This document shows, piece by piece, positions 25,093 to 33,470 of a stretch of 34,652 bases of DNA. The stretch comes from Planctomycetota bacterium. GTDB lineage: Bacteria; Planctomycetota; Planctomycetia; JALXBF01. Within the stretch, counting starts at the first letter, position 1. Every line of letters begins with the position of its first letter. The position numbers and the translations under genes are program-made. The notes beneath the pieces are model-generated. The model worked only from the letters and a program-made list of their open reading frames with translations, was not told the DNA's origin and did no database searches. The stretch is taken from assembly GCA_026991575.1 (NCBI GenBank), contig JALXBF010000183.1, positions 62,001 to 96,652 of the forward strand, read 5' to 3'.

Positions 25093-25118
25093 AGCGGGAG
25101 CCTGCGGCTCCCGCTTTT
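25093..25118 (+). terminator. Rho-independent terminator after sodA
   Basis: AGCGGGAGCC-TGC-GGCTCCCGCT followed by TTTCGTT. Confidence 0.85.
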
Positions 25119-25164
25119 CGTTACTTGTCGGGAACCACCATGGCAAAGAGGGGCAGCCAGCTGG

Positions 25165-26043
25165 ATGAGCGAACTCAGTGAAGTCGGCCGGTTCGTGCCG
25201 GATGCTGTCGAAAACGCACCGATTCTCCGGTTGCAACACGGCAACCTGACCATCGAGGGCTACTCCCGTGCCGCGGTCCAGACTTACTGGCGGATCCCCG
25301 AGCTGAAACTCGGCTTCGATCTCGGGGCCCACCCATGGAGCTTCATGAACACGCCAAACTGGTTTGTCAGCCACTTTCACCTGGATCACGCCGCGGCACT
25401 GCCGGTCTACGTTGCCCGGCGTCGGATGATGAAGATGGCCCCCCCACGCATCTACGTCGCGCAACAGGCCGTCTCCCTGGTGGAACGGCTCTTGCGGCTC
25501 TGGGAGCGGCTCGACCGGGGGCGGATGCGCTGCGAGCTGGTCGGACTGGAACCCGGCGACGAAGTCGAACTAACTCGTCATCTGGTTGTCTCCGCGTTCT
25601 CTACCAGCCATACCGTGCCGTCTTTGGGGTTCCTGGTCTGGGAGCGACGGAAGAAGCTGAAGCCAGAGTACCAGGGGCTACCGGGCGAAGAGCTTGCCCG
25701 GTTGCGGCGTTCCGGCGTCGAGATCACCCAAGAGCTGCGCATCCCGTTGGTCGCTTACCTCGGCGACACGTCACCAAGAGGGCTGGATGCCCATCCAGCG
25801 ATTTACGAGGCGAAGATTCTTATCCTAGAAGTCACGTTCCTGGCACCTGACCACCGCAAAGAGATAATCCACAAATACGGTCATATCCATCTGGATGATA
25901 TCGTGGAGCGGGCCGATCGGTTCAACAACGAACTCATCATTGGCGCACACGTGAGCACACGCTATCATCGTGATCGTGCCGAGCGGCTCATACAACGCCG
26001 TGTTCCAGAGACGCTTCGTGACCGGTTTCGGCTCTGGCTCTAG
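25165..26043 (+). CDS. MBL-fold hydrolase, RNase Z (TM-type tRNase Z-like)
   Basis: EGYSRA, SHFHLDH (HxHxDH), HTVPS, KKLKPEY arm, YLGDT, LEVT, GHIH, AHVSTRY. Start uncertain. Confidence 0.82.
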   Translation: MSELSEVGRFVPDAVENAPILRLQHGNLTIEGYSRAAVQTYWRIPELKLGFDLGAHPWSFMNTPNWFVSHFHLDHAAALPVYVARRRMMKMAPPRIYVAQQAVSLVERLLRLWERLDRGRMRCELVGLEPGDEVELTRHLVVSAFSTSHTVPSLGFLVWERRKKLKPEYQGLPGEELARLRRSGVEITQELRIPLVAYLGDTSPRGLDAHPAIYEAKILILEVTFLAPDHRKEIIHKYGHIHLDDIVERADRFNNELIIGAHVSTRYHRDRAERLIQRRVPETLRDRFRLWL

Positions 26044-26093
26044 GGCCTAGACCGCTGTGCACCATCTCGTTCGATAGCTTGGAAGGACGGGTT

Positions 26094-27794
26094 ATGGCAG
26101 CTTCCTGCCGGCTTGTGCCGTTCCTGTTCTACGCCGTCATCGTGCTACCGACACACGCGGCGGCTGCTGCTGTCGAGCAGCCCGGGCAGCTTGAGCAGCT
26201 TGTTCCCGACGACGCTCGGCTAGCTCTTGCCTTGCGCCGTCCGGCTGATCTGCTCGCGCGGGTCCAGGCTTATCTGGACCGCGTGGCCCCGGAAGTGAGG
26301 CGTCCGTTTTACCGCTGGCTGGAGGAGACGCTGGAGCGAATGCTCTGGCCTGTGCCGCTCAACGTCGCGTCCGAGAGCCAGGCTGTGATCTTCGGCTATG
26401 ACGATACGGCACAGCCGTCGGTGCGCTCTGCCCATTGGGTGCTGCTGCTCACCGAGGACGTTGACCCACTGGCTCGCGCCATTGCGGCCACCGCTGAACG
26501 GGCCGGCGTGGAGAACGGCGTTCTGGTGCTGCGCTTCGGGAATCACCGCCGGTATCTGGCGCGCGGGAACGGCTGCGTGGTGCTTGCCTCCGAGCGTGGC
26601 CGTCTGGAGAGCTTGCTGGCCAGGCTTGACCCGGAGGGGCCCGCACGGGCAGCCCCGGCGGACCATCGCCAACCGCCCACGCAAGAGGACGTGCCGGGGA
26701 TCCTGGTGAGGGTTGACCTGAAAGAGTTCGTTGCCTTCGTCGGCGAGGTGGTCAAGCAGACTGTCGTGGCGCGAGGGGGGGCTGATGCCAACGATTTCCT
26801 GGCACTGCTCCAGTCTGCTACCACCCTGACGCTCTGGGCCGAGGTGACGGACGCGTGGATCGACGTGGCGATGGCGATTCGGATCGAGCCTGACTCGCCG
26901 GCTGCCGCCTTGGCGGGCGAGCTGAACGGCGGAGCGGTCCCGGAGTTGTGGTTGCTTCCGCGTGGTGCCCAGACGTACATGACAGTGTTCCTGGGCAAGG
27001 GCATGGCGGCGGAGCTGTTCGGGCCGGCCGCGCTCAGCGGCGGTGCCGCTGGCGGGGTCATGGAGGAGGTGCTGGACGTGATTGAGGAACGGCTTCTGTC
27101 GCTGACCGTTCGTCGGGTTGCCGCCGCTTACTGGTACGACCCACGCGGCGACGCACGGTTGTACTCGATCGTGGTCACCGACAGGCCGGAACAACTGGTC
27201 GAAACGCTCTTGGCCGGTTGGCGGATCGTGGCGAAGGACCAACCGACGCTCACACGCCGCTTCATCAAGCGGATCGATGTGGCCAACGAGCAGTTCCCGC
27301 TCAACGGCATCAGATGGCGTGTGGTTAGGGTGGTTTGGGACTACGAGGCAATGCGAGCGGCCGCCGGCGCGCAAGACGACCGGCTATCGACTATCACGAA
27401 GTTCCTGCTGGGAGAGACCATGTACGTGGCCTACGGCGTGGACGGTCAGCGGATGCTGACCGCCGTCGCGACCGGGAGACCCGGTCTGGAGGCTCTGATT
27501 CGCCTGGCGGCCGTTCGGACCGTGCGCGGGGATGAGCAGATCCGGGCCACACTCCAGCGGCTCGATGGACGGTTCGCCTACCTTCTCATCGCTGACCTTG
27601 ATCAACTACTGGCCATTGCGCTCTTTTCCGGGGGCGAACGGCGCTCGTTGCCCTGGCGGCCGGCCTATGTGGGCTTCGGCATAAGCGGCTCAACCGAGGC
27701 TCTGGTCGTCCGCGGTTCGGTCCCCGCGGATGGTGTGCGGCTCCTGGCAGCCGTTGCCGCTGCGGCGGCCCGCGGGGCTGCAGCCGGTCGCTAG
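26094..27794 (+). CDS. Exported hypothetical protein, paralog B
   Basis: About 566 aa with signal peptide; shares motifs with 22434-24191. Confidence 0.78.
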   Translation: MAASCRLVPFLFYAVIVLPTHAAAAAVEQPGQLEQLVPDDARLALALRRPADLLARVQAYLDRVAPEVRRPFYRWLEETLERMLWPVPLNVASESQAVIFGYDDTAQPSVRSAHWVLLLTEDVDPLARAIAATAERAGVENGVLVLRFGNHRRYLARGNGCVVLASERGRLESLLARLDPEGPARAAPADHRQPPTQEDVPGILVRVDLKEFVAFVGEVVKQTVVARGGADANDFLALLQSATTLTLWAEVTDAWIDVAMAIRIEPDSPAAALAGELNGGAVPELWLLPRGAQTYMTVFLGKGMAAELFGPAALSGGAAGGVMEEVLDVIEERLLSLTVRRVAAAYWYDPRGDARLYSIVVTDRPEQLVETLLAGWRIVAKDQPTLTRRFIKRIDVANEQFPLNGIRWRVVRVVWDYEAMRAAAGAQDDRLSTITKFLLGETMYVAYGVDGQRMLTAVATGRPGLEALIRLAAVRTVRGDEQIRATLQRLDGRFAYLLIADLDQLLAIALFSGGERRSLPWRPAYVGFGISGSTEALVVRGSVPADGVRLLAAVAAAAARGAAAGR

Positions 27795-27913
27795 AGAATG
27801 CCGACAAGGATTAGGAGCGGGCAGCGCGCGGTGCCGCGCGGACCCCATGCGACCGGGCCGGTAGCCTGGCGGGCGTGCAGGCCGTGTGGGTGAGCGTTCG
27901 GACGCAACGGTGT

Positions 27914-27943
27914 TTGACGTTGCCCGCGGCCAGCCCGTAGGAT
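27914..27943 (+). promoter_or_regulatory. Putative sigma70 promoter of the Cys-rich ORF/czcBA unit
   Basis: TTGACG (27914-27919), 18 nt, TAGGAT (27938-27943). Confidence 0.55.
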
Positions 27944-27986
27944 GCTGACGAAGGGTCGCCTGGGGTGTGTTACACCGTCAGAGTCA

Positions 27987-28382
27987 ATGAATCGCCTGGC
28001 TGCTGCATTGCACAAGCTGGCCTTTCTGGGGGTCGCCTTCCTGCTGGTAGGTGATGCCTACTGGTGCCGGCTGGCCTCCGGCTGTGAGTTTGCCTGCAGT
28101 CAGTGCGAGCGGTCGTGCCGCGACTGTTCGGCTTGTCCCAACGGCTGCCGGTGTGACGAGCAGAGCGCGGACAGCTGTTTTTGCAAAGGCGCATCGGTAA
28201 GCTCTTCGGAAAACGGGCGGTCTCTGTCGGGGCGTGCCAGCCTTGTGGCGGCGCCGGCTGAGCTTGTCCGCTGGAACGGTCTGACTGATGCCGCGGCAAC
28301 GTTGACGGTGGAGCACCGCCTGTCGGCGACCGGGACCGATGGACGGGTGCTTCGCCTATTGATGCAGTCCCTTCTGAACTAG
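27987..28382 (+). CDS. Small Cys-rich protein with hydrophobic N-terminus upstream of the heavy-metal RND genes
   Basis: Hydrophobic segment, then 11 Cys in about 40 aa (CRLASGCEFACSQCERSCRDCSACPNGCRCDEQSADSCFC); lies between the putative promoter and czcB. Start uncertain. Confidence 0.65.
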   Translation: MNRLAAALHKLAFLGVAFLLVGDAYWCRLASGCEFACSQCERSCRDCSACPNGCRCDEQSADSCFCKGASVSSSENGRSLSGRASLVAAPAELVRWNGLTDAAATLTVEHRLSATGTDGRVLRLLMQSLLN

Positions 28383-28502
28383 TCTCTCGTCATCGTTCCC
28401 GCCGTTCAGCACGCTCTGTCTCGGTGTGCCTTTTTCTGACCCAAGACCGGTGTGCGTGCTTCAAGCGTGCGCGTCTCGGGCGGTTTCCGGAGTTATTCAG
28501 CC

Positions 28503-30035
28503 ATGAAGTTTCCTGTTGGCATGCAAGGCAGTGACCGTCGCCGTCAGGCCTTCTCGTACGTCGTGGTTGCCGTGGCGGCGGTGTTGGTTGGCACGGTAGC
28601 CGGTGGTTTGGCCGTGTCGTGGTATCGATCATCACGTGCTGCCGCAGGTGGGGCAGGGCCGGCTGTGCATGCCGGTGAAGAGGAGCACGGCCATGACCAT
28701 GAAGAAGGCGAAGAGGGGGTGGTCTTGTACCCTGAGAGTCGCTGGCCTGCGGCCGGGATCCGGGTCCAGAAGGTAAGTCGCGGCCCGCTTCGGATGAGTA
28801 AGTGGGTGACCGGAAAGCTGGTCCTGAACCAGGACCGGGTGGCGCACATCAGCCCGTTGGTTGAGGGGATCGTGCGCGAGGTGCTGGTCGACTTTGGCGA
28901 GCGGGTACAGGCTGGCCAGGTGCTGGCGGTCGTGGACAGCAAGGAGGTTGGTGATGCGAAGCTGGAGTTGGTGCGTAGCCGGCTGAGCGTCCGGGTTGCC
29001 CAGGTCGAATACGACTGGGATACCACCGTTCAACGTAACGTCAAGGCACTCATCGCCGCTCTCCGCCAGGGGGTGCCGATCGACGAGATCGAGACCCGGT
29101 TCCAAGGGCTTGCAATCGGTACGTACCGTGCCCAGCTTGTTTCCGCGTATGCTCGCCTGCACCGCGCCCGAGCCGATTATGAGCGGCTGAAGGCGTTGAC
29201 TGCGAAAGGCATCACGCGGGAAGCCGACCTGATCCGCGCGAAGGCCGAGTATGACGCTGCGCGCGCGTCCCTTGCCGCGTGGCTGGAGCAGATCGAGTTC
29301 ACGGCCACCCAGGAGCAGATCCGATCGCAGATGCAGGTCGAACAGGCGGACACTCAACAGCGCGTGGCTGAAGCATCGCTGTACATCCTCGGTTACAGCC
29401 GGGATGAAGTCCAACAGATGGAGCCCCTGTCGGAGTACCAGAAGATCTCGCACTACCCGGTGCGTGCCGCGTTCGCCGGCACGATCATCAGCAAAGATGC
29501 CATGCTCGGGGAACGCGTTGGCCCGGGCAAGCAGATGTTCACCCTGGCGGACCTGTCCACGATCTGGCTTCAGGTTGACATTTACGAGCAGGACATCGGT
29601 TTGATCCGTGACTACGAAGGTCGCAAGGTGCGCTTCCGTACCGCGGCGTTTCCGGGACAGGAGTTCGTGGGCACAGTCTTCTACACCGGCGACATTGTCG
29701 ATCCGGAGACGCGCACGGTGCGGATGATGGCTACTGTCGCGAACGCGGATCGGATGCTTAAGCCGGGAATGTTCGTGGAGGTCGCCCTGGAGCGCGTCGT
29801 GAGCAGCGTGCTGCAGATCCCGGCCTCGGCGTTGGCCGAACATGCCGGCGAGCAGTTCGTGTTTATCTACCAAGGAGCCGGTCGGTTCGAGAAGCGACCA
29901 GTCCGTGTGGGACGGAAGACGGAGACTGCCGTGGAGATCCTGGACGGCGTCCGTGAAGGTGAGCCGATCGCAGTCAGTGGCGTCCTTGCGTTGAAGACCG
30001 AGCTTGTGGGCGTCGAGGCTGAGCACGGCCACTAG
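28503..30035 (+). CDS. czcB: Heavy-metal efflux RND periplasmic adaptor (CzcB/CusB family)
   Basis: TM anchor, HAGEEEHGHDHEE, lipoyl halves (G.V.EV....GERV..GQVL; AFAGTII...GERV), LADLSTIW, DPETRT, LKPGMF. Start 28503 or 28521. Confidence 0.9.
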   Translation: MKFPVGMQGSDRRRQAFSYVVVAVAAVLVGTVAGGLAVSWYRSSRAAAGGAGPAVHAGEEEHGHDHEEGEEGVVLYPESRWPAAGIRVQKVSRGPLRMSKWVTGKLVLNQDRVAHISPLVEGIVREVLVDFGERVQAGQVLAVVDSKEVGDAKLELVRSRLSVRVAQVEYDWDTTVQRNVKALIAALRQGVPIDEIETRFQGLAIGTYRAQLVSAYARLHRARADYERLKALTAKGITREADLIRAKAEYDAARASLAAWLEQIEFTATQEQIRSQMQVEQADTQQRVAEASLYILGYSRDEVQQMEPLSEYQKISHYPVRAAFAGTIISKDAMLGERVGPGKQMFTLADLSTIWLQVDIYEQDIGLIRDYEGRKVRFRTAAFPGQEFVGTVFYTGDIVDPETRTVRMMATVANADRMLKPGMFVEVALERVVSSVLQIPASALAEHAGEQFVFIYQGAGRFEKRPVRVGRKTETAVEILDGVREGEPIAVSGVLALKTELVGVEAEHGH

Positions 30036-30099
30036 AGGAGGCCACCGCCGAGGCGTTCTTCCGGCAGGCAGAGAGCACAGAAAGCGGGGTGAGGCTGCC

Positions 30100-33000
30100 G
30101 TGATCAACCATGTGATCGACGCCGCACTGAACAATCGCTTCGTCGTCCTGCTGGTGACGTTCATTCTGATCGGCATCGGCGTTCATTCGCTGACCACGTT
30201 GCCGATCGGTGCGGTACCCGACATCACCAATGTCCAGGTCCAGATTCTGACCAATGCACCGGGGCTGGCGCCCGAAGAGGTCGAGCAGCTGGTGACGTTT
30301 CCGGTTGAGGCGGCGATGAGCGGCGTGCCGCGCGTGCAGGAGATCCGCTCCGTTACCCGCTTCGGCCTGTCGGCCGTGACGGTCATCTTCGAAGAAGGCA
30401 CGGACATCTACTGGGCACGGCAGATGGTCATGGAGCGGTTGCCGGAGGCACGTGCGGCGATCCCGGAAGGATTTGGTGAGCCGGAGATGGGGCCGATTGC
30501 TACCGGTCTGGGCGAGATCTATCAGTTCTCGGTTGAGAACGACGACGACCCGAGCACACCCGAATACAGCCTGATGGACCTGCGGACCATCCTGGACTGG
30601 GACATCGCTTTCAAGCTGCGCAGCGTGCCGGGGGTGGTGGAGGTCAACACCTGGGGAGGATTACTGAAGACGTACGAGGTGGCGATCGACCCGAACCGAA
30701 TGATCAACTACGGCATCTCGCTAGGGCAGGTGCTTGAGGCACTTCGCCGCAACAATGCCAATGCCGGTGGCGGCTACATCGTGCACCATGGTGAGCAGAG
30801 GATCATTCGCGGTGAGGGGTTGATTAGCAGCCTGGACGACGTTGCCGACATCGTGCTCGACGCTCGCGAGGACGGTACACCCATCCGCATCCGCGACATT
30901 GCTGATGTGCGCTTCGCGCCGATGATCCGCCAGGGGGCGGTCACCCGTGATGCCCAGGGGGAGACCGTTATCGGCATCGTCTACATGCTCATGGGCGAAA
31001 ACGACCTGGCCGTGGTCCAGCGGGTAAAGCAGAAGGTGGAAGAGATCCAGAAATCGCTCCCGCCCGGCGTGGTCATCAAGCCGTTCTATGACCGAACGGA
31101 CCTGGTGCACCGAACGATCGAGACGGTCGAAGAGAACATCACGACCGGCGCCGTCCTGGTCATCATGATGCTGTTGCTACTGGTCGGCAACCTGCGCGCC
31201 GGGCTGATCGTCGCCGCCTCCATCCCGCTGTCTGCTCTGGTCATGGTCACCGCGATGAAGGCGGCCGGCGTGTCGGCGAACCTGATGAGCCTGGGAGCGA
31301 TCGACTTCGGCATCATCGTCGACGGCGCGGTCGTCATGGTCGAGAATGCCATGCGACACGCCGCCCTCTACCTGCGCCGGAATCCGGGCGAGCGCAAGGT
31401 GCCACTGGCCGTTTTCCGGGAGGCAGGACACGAGGTCGGGCGCCCGATCCTGTTCGCAGGGCTGATCGTCATTATCGTCTTCTTGCCGATTTTCAGCCTT
31501 CGGGGCATCGAGGGCAAGATGTTTCGCCCGATGGCGTTCAGCTTCTCGGCAGCTCTGATCGGGGCACTCATCCTGGCCGTAACCGTGATGCCCGTGATGG
31601 CGTCGTTGTTCCTGGCCCGCCGGATCAGCCAGCGCGAAACCTACCTGGTGCGAGGAATCAAGGCAGGGTACGCACCGCTTCTGCGCTGGGCACTGCGGCA
31701 TCCGTTGCCGGTGACCGGCACGGCAGCCGTGGCGTTCGCCGCCAGTGTTGTCCTGGCCCTGGGCCTGGGGGCAACGTTCATCCCGGAGTTGGACGAAGGC
31801 GATATCGCCATGCAAGCCTGGCGCATGCCCAGCGTATCGTTGGAGCAGTCGATCGAAAGCACCACGCAGATCGAGCGGGTCCTGACGAAGTTTCCCGAAG
31901 TCGTCACTGTCGTTTCCAAGACGGGCCGTGCTGAGCTGGCGACCGACCCGATGGGCGTCGAGATCTCGGACATCTTCATCATTCTCGAGCGCGAGGAGAC
32001 GCTGCCACCGCTGAAGTGGCCGCTGGCCTGGCTGGGCCTTGTCGAGTACCCGCCCGACAAGTGGATTACCGAGAACAGCCCGGAGAACATCTACCAGGTG
32101 CTCAGGGCTGTGCACATGGATCTGGTCGAGAAGGAATCGCTGAGCCCTGAGGAGGAGCAGGCGCTGCGGCAGCAGGCGGAGGAGATCTACCGGGACATGG
32201 AAGCGGCGAACCTGGAATTCGAAAAGGAGCGGCTCATCTTCGTGATGGACCGCGTGCTGCGCCAGTACGTGCCGGCTAACACATTCAGCTACACACAACC
32301 GATCGAGCTCCGCTTTCAGGAGCTGATCGCCGGTGTCCGCTCCGATATCGGCATCAGCCTGTACGGACCCGATCTCGATGTGCTCAAGCAGAAGGGCGAG
32401 GAGATTGCGGCTGTGCTCCGAACCATCCCGGGCGCTGCCGACGTGAGGCCACAGGAAATCGCAGGTCTGCCCAACGTGCGGATCAAGATCGATCGCCGTG
32501 CCATTGCTCGGTATGGTGTCAACGCAGGCGATGTGCTGGACGTGATCAACGCGTTGCGCGGCGTTATTGTAGGCCAGGTCCTGGAAGGGCAACCACGGTT
32601 CTTCCTTCAGGTGCGATACGCCCCCAAGTGGCGCGAGAACCTCTACGCGCTGGAGTCGCTGAAGGTGGCCGATCCTCTGGGCCGGCAGATCCCCTTGTCC
32701 CAGCTAGCGGCGATTCAGGTCGAAGAGGGGCCGACGATGATCACACGCGAAGCGATTTCCCGTCGCTTGCTTATCGAAGCGAACGTGCGGGGCCGTGACC
32801 TGGCAAGCTTCGTGGCCGAGGCTCAGCGCGCCATTGAGGAAAAGGTCGACTTGCCCCCCGGCTACTACCTCACATGGGGTGGCCAGTTCAAGAACCTGCA
32901 GGAGGCCACTGCCCGTCTGGTTATCGCCGTGCCCGTAGCGCTGTTCCTGATTTTCGCGCTGCTCTATCTGACGTTCGGTTCACTCCGGCTGACGGCACTC

Positions 33001-33402
33001 ATCTACCTCAACGTCCCGATTGCCGCCACGGGCGGCATCCTCGCACTGTGGCTACGCGGCATGCCGTTTTCGATTTCTGCGGGCGTCGGGTTCATCGCTC
33101 TGTTCGGCATCGCCGTGATGAATGGCGTGGTGCTGGTCGAGCACATTCGTGAGTTGCGACGACGCGGCATGTCTACTGAGGAAGCGGTCTACCAGGGGGC
33201 TCTGGATCGGCTTCGTCCTGTGCTGATGACGGCCACGACCGACGCTTTGGGCTTCCTGCCCATGGCGATCTCGGTCAGTGCCGGCGCTGAAGTGCAGCGG
33301 CCGCTGGCGACCGTGGTCATCGGAGGCGTGATCACCAGCAGCATGCTGACGCTTATCGTGCTGCCGTCGATCTACCGCTGGTTCGAGCCCCGGTCCTCGT
33401 AG
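30100..33402 (+). CDS. czcA: Heavy-metal efflux RND permease (CzcA/CusA family, CzcA-like)
   Basis: PDITNVQVQI, TM4 MSLGAIDFGIIVDGAVVMVEN, GIEGKMFRPMA, RLRPVLMTA, GAEVQRPLATVVIGG; GTG start at 30100. Confidence 0.95.
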   Translation: MINHVIDAALNNRFVVLLVTFILIGIGVHSLTTLPIGAVPDITNVQVQILTNAPGLAPEEVEQLVTFPVEAAMSGVPRVQEIRSVTRFGLSAVTVIFEEGTDIYWARQMVMERLPEARAAIPEGFGEPEMGPIATGLGEIYQFSVENDDDPSTPEYSLMDLRTILDWDIAFKLRSVPGVVEVNTWGGLLKTYEVAIDPNRMINYGISLGQVLEALRRNNANAGGGYIVHHGEQRIIRGEGLISSLDDVADIVLDAREDGTPIRIRDIADVRFAPMIRQGAVTRDAQGETVIGIVYMLMGENDLAVVQRVKQKVEEIQKSLPPGVVIKPFYDRTDLVHRTIETVEENITTGAVLVIMMLLLLVGNLRAGLIVAASIPLSALVMVTAMKAAGVSANLMSLGAIDFGIIVDGAVVMVENAMRHAALYLRRNPGERKVPLAVFREAGHEVGRPILFAGLIVIIVFLPIFSLRGIEGKMFRPMAFSFSAALIGALILAVTVMPVMASLFLARRISQRETYLVRGIKAGYAPLLRWALRHPLPVTGTAAVAFAASVVLALGLGATFIPELDEGDIAMQAWRMPSVSLEQSIESTTQIERVLTKFPEVVTVVSKTGRAELATDPMGVEISDIFIILEREETLPPLKWPLAWLGLVEYPPDKWITENSPENIYQVLRAVHMDLVEKESLSPEEEQALRQQAEEIYRDMEAANLEFEKERLIFVMDRVLRQYVPANTFSYTQPIELRFQELIAGVRSDIGISLYGPDLDVLKQKGEEIAAVLRTIPGAADVRPQEIAGLPNVRIKIDRRAIARYGVNAGDVLDVINALRGVIVGQVLEGQPRFFLQVRYAPKWRENLYALESLKVADPLGRQIPLSQLAAIQVEEGPTMITREAISRRLLIEANVRGRDLASFVAEAQRAIEEKVDLPPGYYLTWGGQFKNLQEATARLVIAVPVALFLIFALLYLTFGSLRLTALIYLNVPIAATGGILALWLRGMPFSISAGVGFIALFGIAVMNGVVLVEHIRELRRRGMSTEEAVYQGALDRLRPVLMTATTDALGFLPMAISVSAGAEVQRPLATVVIGGVITSSMLTLIVLPSIYRWFEPRSS

Positions 33403-33470
33403 CCACCCAAGACGAAGGGGGGCAGCGGCTCAACGGGAAACCGGTCGTCGTCCCGGGCAAGTGGGCCACA

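Noticed and set aside
28632..32592. Long antisense ORFs (28632-30176, 31177-32592; likewise 20351-21556 and 26220-27374)
   Set aside because: Shadow frames opposite well-supported genes, expected in high-GC DNA; no recognisable motifs.
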